DNA of 44,948 nt, the filler included, from an uncultured Methanosarcinales archaeon (lineage in GTDB: Archaea > Nanobdellota > Nanobdellia > Woesearchaeales > DSVV01): assembly GCA_964593285.1 (NCBI GenBank). It is 8 parts of 8 records of this genome, joined end to end, with 100 filler letters (N's around TTAATTAATTAA, not from the genome) between each part and the next. Parts side by side here need not be neighbours in the genome. Positions count along the whole stretch, not along the records: positions 1 to 8,343 come from CAZQHZ010000030.1; positions 8,444 to 15,980 come from CAZQHZ010000031.1; 6 more parts are not named here. The stretch is one strand, 5' to 3'. The translations under genes and the position numbers were made by a program. This document shows positions 1 through 8,449 of this stretch, piece after piece. A model generated the notes under the pieces. That model searched no databases, was not told the origin of the DNA, and worked only from the letters and a program-made list of their open reading frames with translations. Numbering within the stretch: the stretch's first letter is position 1; each line of letters opens with the position of its first letter.

Positions 1-18
1 TAAAATAAAGGTGTTAAT

Positions 19-1686
19 TTGTTAAAAAATATTATTAATGAAGATTGTTATAAATTAAATATCATAAATTATTGTAATAATAATTGTTATTGTTGTAATA
101 ATAATTCTTTTGAAGAAAAATATTATAAAGATTTTCTTAAAATTATTGAAGAAATTAAAACAACAAATAAAAAAAATATTTTAATTTATGGTGGTGAGCC
201 AACATTGTATCCAGTTTTTTTTAAATTAATTAATTTACTTAAAAATTATTTTCAAAAAATAATTCTTTTAACTAATGGTAGAATTTTTTCTAATGATCTT
301 TTTTTAAATAAAATTATTAATTTTGATTTAGTTTATATCATAAAATTAAATGCTTCAAATTCTCTTATACATGACAAAATTTCAAAAGTTAATAATTCAT
401 TTAATCAAACAATTCAAGGAATAACAAAGTTAGTAAATTTTAAACAAAAAGTTTATTTAAAATATAATTTAAATGATAGAAATTTTTTAGATATTAACAA
501 TTTTTATTTATTTATTAATAAATTAAAAATTAGTGGAATTATTTTAGAAATAAATGATTCTAAAAATTATGAAATTTATAGAAAAAAATTTGATAGTATT
601 TTTTTAGATTATAAAAAAAATATATTTTATTTAAAATATGGTGGAAATTTGAATTTTAATTCAAATAATTTAAATTTTGTGTTTGATGAAAATCCTAAAG
701 AAATTTGTTTTGAAGTTACTGCAAGATGTAATTTATCTTGCAGAAAATGTTTTAATAAAATTTACTATAATCAAAATTGCTTAAATAATGATGTTTTATC
801 ATTTGATGATATAAAAAAAATTATTGATAAAATTCCTGTTAATTTTGTAAGTCAAATAAGAATTACAGGTGGTGAACCTTTATTAAGGGAAGATATTTTT
901 GATATTTTTAAGTATATTAAGCAAAAAGGTTTTAAAATATGGCTTAATACTAATGCTACTTTAATAGATGAAAATATTGCTAAAAGAATTTCTAAATATG
1001 TAGATAATGTATTAATTTCTTTAAATGGTTATGATAAAAAAAGCGAAAAAAATATTACTGGTTTAGATTCATTTTATGAAAAAATTCAAGGTATAAAACT
1101 ATTACAAAAATATAATGTTAATGTTGTTAGATGTGGAACAATGGCAACGGAGGAAAATATTAAAAATTTAAAAAGATTTTATTTATTAGTTTTAAAACTT
1201 GGGCTTGATAGTTGGGAATTATATCGTTTGATTGATAATAAAAAATTTAGTGATATTGATTTTGAGAAAAAAAAATATAATATTTTATTTAATCAATTAG
1301 ATGTTTTAAATAGAATTTTTTTAAAAAATTTTAAAGTTGCAAATTCAATTCCTTTATGTATTTCAAAAAAAGCATATAATTTAAATTTTGGGGCTTCATC
1401 TGATGAGGGTCATATAAGATTTGTAATTGGTGCAGATGGAAGTATTAGACCTAGTTATTTTATATTTGAGAAATTAGGTAATATTTTTATTGATGATTTA
1501 AATAATGTTTGGAATTTTGGTTTTTTAAAAAAAATGAGAGATTTAAAATTTGTTACGTTTAAATGTAGAAAATGTATTTTTTTGGATAAATGCCTTGGTG
1601 GGAGTCGATATTATTCAAAATTATTTTTTGATGAATATAAACAAATAGATCCTTTAATAAATAAAAATTTTTATAATAATTTATAA
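19..1686 (+). CDS. Tandem radical SAM protein (HxsC-like rSAM + rSAM with degenerate SPASM)
   Basis: Two CxxxCxxC motifs (CNNNCYCC; CNLSCRKC), each followed by GGEP; C-terminal CRKCIFLDKCLGGSR; TTG start preceded by AAGGTG SD. Confidence 0.85.
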   Translation: MLKNIINEDCYKLNIINYCNNNCYCCNNNSFEEKYYKDFLKIIEEIKTTNKKNILIYGGEPTLYPVFFKLINLLKNYFQKIILLTNGRIFSNDLFLNKIINFDLVYIIKLNASNSLIHDKISKVNNSFNQTIQGITKLVNFKQKVYLKYNLNDRNFLDINNFYLFINKLKISGIILEINDSKNYEIYRKKFDSIFLDYKKNIFYLKYGGNLNFNSNNLNFVFDENPKEICFEVTARCNLSCRKCFNKIYYNQNCLNNDVLSFDDIKKIIDKIPVNFVSQIRITGGEPLLREDIFDIFKYIKQKGFKIWLNTNATLIDENIAKRISKYVDNVLISLNGYDKKSEKNITGLDSFYEKIQGIKLLQKYNVNVVRCGTMATEENIKNLKRFYLLVLKLGLDSWELYRLIDNKKFSDIDFEKKKYNILFNQLDVLNRIFLKNFKVANSIPLCISKKAYNLNFGASSDEGHIRFVIGADGSIRPSYFIFEKLGNIFIDDLNNVWNFGFLKKMRDLKFVTFKCRKCIFLDKCLGGSRYYSKLFFDEYKQIDPLINKNFYNNL

Positions 1687-1693
1687 ATTTAAA

Positions 1694-2503
1694 ATGGCTA
1701 AAAAAAGTAAAAATTTAATAATTAATTATAAATGTAATAGTAATTGCTATTTATGTAATTTTCCTGTTCAAAATAATAAAAAAGAAAATTTTATTTCTTT
1801 TGAAAAATTAACAGATGAAATAAACAATATTAATTTTTATAATTTTAATGAAATAAATATTTATGGTGCAGATCCATTTATACATAAAAATATATTTGAA
1901 ATATTAAAATTGATTCCAGAAGATATAAAATTGAATATATTTACTAATACACGTGCGTTATCATATAAAAATTATTGTTTTAAATTAAAAAATTTTAAAA
2001 ATTTGAATGTTTTTGTAAAAGTTTATTCAAATAATTCAAAATTACACAATTTTATAACACAAACAAGTAATAGTTTTGAGCAAACGTTAAAAGGAATTAA
2101 AAATTTATTTTTTTATAAAATAAAATTTTCAATTATTATTGATGTATGTGAACAAAATTTTGTATTTTTAAATGAAATTATTGATTTTTTTAATTCATTT
2201 AGGCCAAAAAAAATTATTATTAAACCGATTTTACCTATTGGTAAGGCTAAAGATGATTATTTTAAATTTGCTTTAAGGTATAGTGAAATTATTGATGTTT
2301 TAAAAATAAATTATGATAATATTTATGGTTTTTTTCCTTTATGTTTTTTAAATGATCGAAAAATTAATTTTTTTAATTTAGATTATTTAAATTATGAAAA
2401 ATCAAAAAATAACAAATGCATTAAATGTAAATTTTTTCAAAAATGTATTGGTATGCCTGAAGATTATGTTGATTTATTTGGTGCTGAAGAGTTATTGGGT
2501 TAA
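1694..2503 (+). CDS. HxsC-like radical SAM protein
   Basis: CNSNCYLC motif; GADP in place of GGEP; HNFITQTSNSFEQTLKGIKNL; C-terminal CxxCx5CxG..Y..FG..EL tail resembling HxsC-like proteins. Confidence 0.75.
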   Translation: MAKKSKNLIINYKCNSNCYLCNFPVQNNKKENFISFEKLTDEINNINFYNFNEINIYGADPFIHKNIFEILKLIPEDIKLNIFTNTRALSYKNYCFKLKNFKNLNVFVKVYSNNSKLHNFITQTSNSFEQTLKGIKNLFFYKIKFSIIIDVCEQNFVFLNEIIDFFNSFRPKKIIIKPILPIGKAKDDYFKFALRYSEIIDVLKINYDNIYGFFPLCFLNDRKINFFNLDYLNYEKSKNNKCIKCKFFQKCIGMPEDYVDLFGAEELLG

Positions 2504-2515
2504 TTTTTATAAAAA

Positions 2516-5500
2516 ATGAAAAATAATAATAAAATCTTGTTGATAAATCCTTTTTGGAGTTTCACTAAAATTTTTCCTCCTGTAAATTTAGCTCAACTAG
2601 CTGGATTTGTTAGACAAAATGGTTTTGATGTTTCAATATTAGATTTGAATTATGAGTTATCAATGTTGAAAATTCTTGATATTAATTTTTTTTTAGATGA
2701 ATCTTTAAAATTGATAAAAAAATATAATCCTAAAATAGTTGGTCTTATTTGTGACACTGTTCATTTGCCTTTTTGTGTTAAATTTATTCCTTTATTAAAA
2801 AAAACATTCTCTAATATTAAAATAATTATTGGTGGAAATCATGCATCTTCAGATCCTAAAAAAATGTTTGAGTTATTTCCAATTGATTTTGTTGTTATTG
2901 GAGAAGGTGAGTTAACTTTTGTTGAATTATTAGATTCTTTAATTTTTAAAAAAGATTTTTCTTTAATTAAAGGAATTTCTTATAAAAATGAATTTAATAA
3001 AATTGTTATCAATTTAAAAAGGGAATTAATTAATGATTTATCTATTTTGCCAATGCCTGCATACGATTTAATTTTAAATTTAAATTATTATTTAAAATTT
3101 AAAGATGTTGAATTAGGAATTTCTGGTTCACGTGGATGCTTTCATTCTTGTTTATTTTGTGCAAGTAATGTTTTTTGGGGACATCAAAGATTTAGAAAAG
3201 TTGATCATATTATTAATGAAATAAAATTTTTAATAAAAAATTATAATATTAAAAAAATATCTTTTGATGATTTATGTTTAACAAATAATAAAAAATGGTT
3301 TTTAGAATTACTTGAAAAAATAACCCCCTTAAATATAAAAATTAGGGGCTTTGCACGAATTGATCATCTTGATGAAGATTTAATTATTAAAATTAAAAAA
3401 GCAGGTTTTTATAGATTATATCATGGAATAGAATCTGGTTCTAGTAGACTTAGAAATTTATTACATAAAAATATTAAAAATGATTTGTCTAATGGAAAAA
3501 TAATAAAATTAATAAATTTTGAATTAGAAAATAATATATTACCTGTTTGTTCGTTTATGTCTGCAATTCCAACTGAAACAGTAGATGATTTTCATCAAAC
3601 ATTTAATTTATTAAAACAATTAAAAAATATTGGTGCGCAGGTTCAATTCTGGATTATGACCCCATACCCTGGAATTTATGCAAATGAAAAATTTAAAAAG
3701 GATATTATATGGTTTGATAGATGGAAAGAATTAAAACAATCTGATATATTTTTTGAAGAACAACGTATTTTGTTTTCTGATGCTTTAGATAAGCTGAAGA
3801 ATGTAAATCCTGATAATTTTATGTTTAAACCAAATATTCCATTAAAAAAATTTCTTAAATTATATAATTTTGTTGTTAATGAATTGGATCTTAAAAGATG
3901 TGAAAATTATTTATTCATAAAACCACCAATAGAAGAAATAATTCCACCATTTAAAAATGTTAAGGATTATTATTCTAATCCATTTGGTTTTTTTTCTTAT
4001 GGTTCACAGCCAATTGGTTTTTTAAAAATTGCTTCATATTTTAAACATTTAGGTAATAATGTTAAATTTATTGATTGTGCAAGTGAATCTTCAAAGAATA
4101 ATAAAAATTCTATTTTTAATATTAAAAAAATTGGTTATAAAAAAACTGGTGATGGTAAAAGACAATATCCTTTATATCATTGTGGTTTGGATTATAGTGA
4201 TTTTACAAATTTGTTAATTGATCAAAAAAAACCTGATAAAATATTTATTACAACTAGTATGACATATCATTTTAGACCAGTTCATAAAATAATTGAAATT
4301 TGTAAACAATTTTTTCCTAATTCACTTGTTATTGTTGGTGGTATTTATGCTAGTATTTCTCCTGAGCATTTATTAAAAACTAAAGCGGATTTTATTTTTT
4401 GTGGTCAATTTAAAGAATCGGAAGATTATAATTCTGATTTAAATTTACTTGATTATAAACCTCATTATGCCGTTGTTAAATCAACGAGGGGTTGTCCTAA
4501 TAAATGTAGTTATTGTGCTGTTCATATGCTTGAAGGAAATGAAATGTTTTTTAGAAATTATAAAGATACATTTAATGAAATTAAATCAAAGTATGATGAA
4601 GGTATTAAAAATTTTATTTTTTGGGAATCTAATCTTTTAGTAAATTGTAAAAATCATTTTGAAAAAATTTTAGATTTAATTATAAAAAATAATTTAAATA
4701 TTGATTTATCAGCACCAGAAGGTCTTCAACCAAATTTAATTAATTATTCTTTAGCAGAAAAAATGAAAAAAGCAGGGTTTAGTAAAATTCATTTACCACT
4801 TGAAACATCTACTAAAAAAATTGAACAACAATTTAATAGACCTTCAAATTTATATTTTTTTAAAAAAGCCATAAAAATTTTTAAAAAAGCTGGCTTTAGT
4901 GGTAAAAATATAATTTGTTTTATTTTATTTGGATTTGCAAATGATAAATTGGAGACTGTAATTGATTCTTTTATAAAAACATGGGAAGAAGGTTGTGTTC
5001 CTAAAATTATGCCTTTTACTCCTATTCCAAATACTATTGAATATAAAAAAAGTTATGAATTAATTAAAGATAAAGATTATGACGATTTACATCCTTTTTT
5101 ATTTCCTTTTTCAAAAGATTCTTTTTCTGCTAAAGATTGTGAGGATATTTGTAATTTACATAGAGTTAAAAACCCCATAAATTACTTTAAAAATAATTAT
5201 TTTTCTTCTAAAGTTAATAAATTATTTATTTTGAAAATAAAAAGTTCAAAAAAAATATGGGATAATTATTATTTAAATAATTTTAATACTTTAAATTGGA
5301 TAAAGGATATTCCTGATACAATAATTGTGGAATTTATTAAAAATTTTAATAAATATTTTAATATTAATGATTTTAATAAATTTAATGTTTTAGATATTGG
5401 GTGTGGCGTTGGAAAAAATTCTTTGTTTTTAGAAAAAAAAGGATTTAATGTATATGGTATTGATATTTCTAAAATTGCAATTAATAATTTAAATAAAAAT

Positions 5501-5899
5501 ATAAAAAGTAGAAATAATTTTATTGTAGGTAATTTTTTAAATGTAAATTATAAAAAAAATAAATTTGATATAATAATTGATGTTGGATGTTTTCATATGG
5601 TTGATAAAAAATACTTTCAAAAATATATTAATCAAGTTCATGATATTTTAAAACCAAATGGTATTTTTATTATAAGGGTTTTTTCAGAATATGCAAATTA
5701 TTCAACGAGATTTTTTCAAAATAGTAATTTAGATACTTTAAAATCTCCTTTTTTAAATTATTTTACAAAAAAATATATTTTTAATCTGTTTAAAAATAAA
5801 TTTATATTGAAAAATTTTAAAGAAAATTTTTGGTCTATAAATTTAGAAAAAAATAATTTATCTCCAGGAATTTATGAATTAATTTTTAAAAAAATTTAA
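2516..5899 (+). CDS. Fusion: B12-binding rSAM + second B12-binding-like rSAM + class I SAM methyltransferase
   Basis: LLINP/IIIGGNHAS/VIGEGE cobalamin-binding domain; SRGCFHSCLFC; GIESGS; second module IVGGIYAS, TRGCPNKCSYC; VLDIGCGVGKN and FDIIIDVGCFH MTase motifs. Confidence 0.9.
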   Translation: MKNNNKILLINPFWSFTKIFPPVNLAQLAGFVRQNGFDVSILDLNYELSMLKILDINFFLDESLKLIKKYNPKIVGLICDTVHLPFCVKFIPLLKKTFSNIKIIIGGNHASSDPKKMFELFPIDFVVIGEGELTFVELLDSLIFKKDFSLIKGISYKNEFNKIVINLKRELINDLSILPMPAYDLILNLNYYLKFKDVELGISGSRGCFHSCLFCASNVFWGHQRFRKVDHIINEIKFLIKNYNIKKISFDDLCLTNNKKWFLELLEKITPLNIKIRGFARIDHLDEDLIIKIKKAGFYRLYHGIESGSSRLRNLLHKNIKNDLSNGKIIKLINFELENNILPVCSFMSAIPTETVDDFHQTFNLLKQLKNIGAQVQFWIMTPYPGIYANEKFKKDIIWFDRWKELKQSDIFFEEQRILFSDALDKLKNVNPDNFMFKPNIPLKKFLKLYNFVVNELDLKRCENYLFIKPPIEEIIPPFKNVKDYYSNPFGFFSYGSQPIGFLKIASYFKHLGNNVKFIDCASESSKNNKNSIFNIKKIGYKKTGDGKRQYPLYHCGLDYSDFTNLLIDQKKPDKIFITTSMTYHFRPVHKIIEICKQFFPNSLVIVGGIYASISPEHLLKTKADFIFCGQFKESEDYNSDLNLLDYKPHYAVVKSTRGCPNKCSYCAVHMLEGNEMFFRNYKDTFNEIKSKYDEGIKNFIFWESNLLVNCKNHFEKILDLIIKNNLNIDLSAPEGLQPNLINYSLAEKMKKAGFSKIHLPLETSTKKIEQQFNRPSNLYFFKKAIKIFKKAGFSGKNIICFILFGFANDKLETVIDSFIKTWEEGCVPKIMPFTPIPNTIEYKKSYELIKDKDYDDLHPFLFPFSKDSFSAKDCEDICNLHRVKNPINYFKNNYFSSKVNKLFILKIKSSKKIWDNYYLNNFNTLNWIKDIPDTIIVEFIKNFNKYFNINDFNKFNVLDIGCGVGKNSLFLEKKGFNVYGIDISKIAINNLNKNIKSRNNFIVGNFLNVNYKKNKFDIIIDVGCFHMVDKKYFQKYINQVHDILKPNGIFIIRVFSEYANYSTRFFQNSNLDTLKSPFLNYFTKKYIFNLFKNKFILKNFKENFWSINLEKNNLSPGIYELIFKKI

Positions 5900-6264
5900 T
5901 AATATCCACCACCACCGCCACCGCTACTATGGCTACAGTGTTTTGTAGTAAAATTTACATGGTTATAATGATGATCATGTTGAACTTTTAGAGTAGAATC
6001 TCCTTTTGTAATTACAGAATTTTTGTGTTCTCCACAATTAAAATGTTGTGATGCATCTGCTTTTGCTTTTTTTGAAACTTGACACTCTTTGAGTAATTTA
6101 TTAGGGTCGTTTGCTTCTCCTGCTATTACTTTTTTTGTTGCAATGCTACTAATTGAAATTGCACTAATTAATCCTCCAATTGCAATAATTGATTGTTTTG
6201 AAATTTTACCTTCTTCATTTAGCATAAAGTCATTAACTTTTTTTTTAAATTTTGGAATGTCCAT
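5896..6264 (-). CDS. Putative HxsA-like RiPP precursor peptide (His-Xaa-Asn/Ser repeats)
   Basis: Directly downstream of hxsB; triplets HFN, HKN, HDH, HYN, HVN, HCS, HSS; C-terminal GGGGGGYY; hydrophobic N-terminal segment. Confidence 0.8.
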   Translation of the reverse strand: MDIPKFKKKVNDFMLNEEGKISKQSIIAIGGLISAISISSIATKKVIAGEANDPNKLLKECQVSKKAKADASQHFNCGEHKNSVITKGDSTLKVQHDHHYNHVNFTTKHCSHSSGGGGGGYY

Positions 6265-6285
6265 TTTTTATTTTTATGTTAAAAG

Positions 6286-6300
6286 TATATTTAAACTTTT
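6286..6300 (-). promoter_or_regulatory. Archaeal TATA box + BRE-like element for the precursor gene
   Basis: Minus strand AAAAG-TTTAAATATA, first T of the box 31 nt upstream of the ATG at 6264; no SD (probably leaderless). Confidence 0.55.
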
Positions 6301-6303
6301 TGT

Positions 6304-7695
6304 TTATTTTAACCAGTTTTCAAAAATTTTTTTAAATTTTTTATCAAAAAGATATTTTTCAAATATATATTTAAATTGTTCTTTATAAATTTTACAAAAG
6401 GTTGTTTTTGGAATTATTGCATAAGTTGTATTTTGTTCAACATAATTACATACAGGACATATACCGCAGTATGGTTTAAACGGACAATAAATACAAGTGG
6501 TTGTATCATTTATTGAAGAAGATATTATGCTACAGGATTTTTCTGAATTAATTATTTTTTCATAATTATCGTTTTTTACATTACCAAGTTTAAATAAATC
6601 TTCATTTAACATTCTTCCTTCATCGCAAGAAAAAATTTCACCATTGTAATTATATGCTAATTGTCCAATTACAGCACCACAAGGGTTTCTCATTTCAAGA
6701 TAATTTGGATCAAAATCACTAAGTATTTTTTGTAATATTATTAAGGTTGTTCTTTCAGTTATGAATGTATTTTTTAAATTTAATTCAATTATATAATCAA
6801 GTGATTTTTTCCAAAATTTGATAAATTCTTCGCATGAATATTCTATTTTAGTTTTATTTTTTTCAGCATATCCTAATTTATTTAAAAACCTTAAATGAAT
6901 GCTTTCAAACCCTAACTTTACATATTCATCTATTATTTCTTTGTGATATTTTAGTGTTTCTCTTGAAGTTGTTAGTAATGCACCAATTTGATGTTTATAA
7001 TTTGAATTATTTATTTTTTTAATCCATTTTATAATTTCATCATAATTAGATTCTTTTGATATTCTATTTTTATCATGTAAAAATTTTGGGCCATCAAGTG
7101 AAGTGCAAATGGTTATATTATTTTTTATGCAGTATTTTAATATTTCACCAGTCATTACTGAAAGGTTTGTAACTATTGTTTTTTGGAGATTTTTTTTATG
7201 TATTTTATTTAATTTTTTAGCATATTCATTTATTTCTTTTATTATATTAAAATTAAGTAGTGGTTCACCTCCTTGAAATTCAATTGTTAAAAAATCTGTT
7301 TTACTTTGAAAAATAAAATCAACAACTTTTTTTGCTGTATTTTTATCCATATCAAATTCTTTTTTTTCTTTTGGTTTAGAAGATGCATGACAGTATATAC
7401 ATTTTAAATTACATCTAAGTGTAACAACAACAATATGTAAAGAAGTTCCTTGACTTAAATGGGTATTTCTTTTTAATAATTTTTCTTTAATCTTAATTTT
7501 GTTATTTTTTGTAATTATTATTCCTGTTTTTTCAAGTTTTTCAAATAATTTTTTTTTTTTTATATTTTTAGTTGTTAAATTTTCAAATTCATTTTTATTT
7601 AAAAGTGTAAAACTACCATGATTTGTAGTAATTAAAAATTTATTTTTAATTTTCATAAAAATATAATTATTTATTAAATAAGAATTTTTATTCAT
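6304..7695 (-). CDS. hxsB: His-Xaa-Ser system radical SAM/SPASM maturase HxsB
   Basis: TSLHIVVVTLRCNLKCIYCHAS, IEFQGGEPLLN, RNPCGAVIGQLAYNYNGEIFSCDEGR, CIYCPFKPYCGICPVCNY; next to hxsD. Confidence 0.9.
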   Translation of the reverse strand: MNKNSYLINNYIFMKIKNKFLITTNHGSFTLLNKNEFENLTTKNIKKKKLFEKLEKTGIIITKNNKIKIKEKLLKRNTHLSQGTSLHIVVVTLRCNLKCIYCHASSKPKEKKEFDMDKNTAKKVVDFIFQSKTDFLTIEFQGGEPLLNFNIIKEINEYAKKLNKIHKKNLQKTIVTNLSVMTGEILKYCIKNNITICTSLDGPKFLHDKNRISKESNYDEIIKWIKKINNSNYKHQIGALLTTSRETLKYHKEIIDEYVKLGFESIHLRFLNKLGYAEKNKTKIEYSCEEFIKFWKKSLDYIIELNLKNTFITERTTLIILQKILSDFDPNYLEMRNPCGAVIGQLAYNYNGEIFSCDEGRMLNEDLFKLGNVKNDNYEKIINSEKSCSIISSSINDTTTCIYCPFKPYCGICPVCNYVEQNTTYAIIPKTTFCKIYKEQFKYIFEKYLFDKKFKKIFENWLK

Positions 7696-7909
7696 TTTTC
7701 ATGTATCCTAAAGCGAAATTACAAAATTCATCTTTTACTTCTTGTATTTCTTTTTCGCTAATATTTTCATTTAATTTAATTTTTATTATAAAATTTATTT
7801 TGTCTTCTATTAATTGAATTTCACATAATTTTATAAAATCTTTTATTGCAAGATTTATTGCTTTTTTTGAATATAAATTTTTATTGAAATTTATTGTTAA
7901 ATTATTCAT
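7688..7909 (-). CDS. Small HxsD-like protein
   Basis: FNKNLYSKKAI...DEFCNFAL resembles the N-terminal half of the neighbouring HxsD; 8-nt overlaps with both neighbours. Confidence 0.65.
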   Translation of the reverse strand: MNNLTINFNKNLYSKKAINLAIKDFIKLCEIQLIEDKINFIIKIKLNENISEKEIQEVKDEFCNFALGYMKNE

Positions 7910-8309
7910 TTTTTTTATGTTTTTCTTCCCATGGAATTAGTATTCCTTCTGGGTCATTAATTTCTTCATCATTGATTTTTTGGTCTATTTCTTGATTTTG
8001 TACTAAATTATCATTTTCAATAATTTTTGTTGCATTGTTATGGTAGAGAATTTCGTTTAATAATTGTTTTTTTATTTCAATTGTATCTTTATTAAGCGAT
8101 ATTAAATTTGCATAATTTAGTAATTGATTTTTAAATTCATCGGTAAATTTAGTAATATCTTCTTTATTTTTTAATTTAATATGAGCAATAATTTCATTTT
8201 CATTTTTTTGTGTTAAAAAGATATATGCTTTATCTAAAAACATATAAGATGTTGTATATATACAATCTAGTGGATATAAATTTTTATCAATTATTATTTT
8301 TGTTTCCAT
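7902..8309 (-). CDS. hxsD: His-Xaa-Ser system protein HxsD
   Basis: IDKNLYPLDCIYTTSYMFLDKAYIFL...EFKNQLLNY...TIEIKKQLLNEIL; C-terminal DPEGILIPWEEK. Confidence 0.8.
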   Translation of the reverse strand: METKIIIDKNLYPLDCIYTTSYMFLDKAYIFLTQKNENEIIAHIKLKNKEDITKFTDEFKNQLLNYANLISLNKDTIEIKKQLLNEILYHNNATKIIENDNLVQNQEIDQKINDEEINDPEGILIPWEEKHKKNE

Positions 8310-8343
8310 TTTTATTAGATTTTTTTATTAATTTAAATTTTTT

Positions 8344-8443
8344 NNNNNNNNNNNNNNNNNNNNNNNNNNNNNNNNNNNNNNNNNNNNTTAATTAATTAAN
8401 NNNNNNNNNNNNNNNNNNNNNNNNNNNNNNNNNNNNNNNNNNN
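8344..8443. other. Artificial contig linker
   Basis: N44-TTAATTAATTAA-N44 (stops in all frames). Confidence 0.98.
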
Positions 8444-8449
8444 TTTTAA

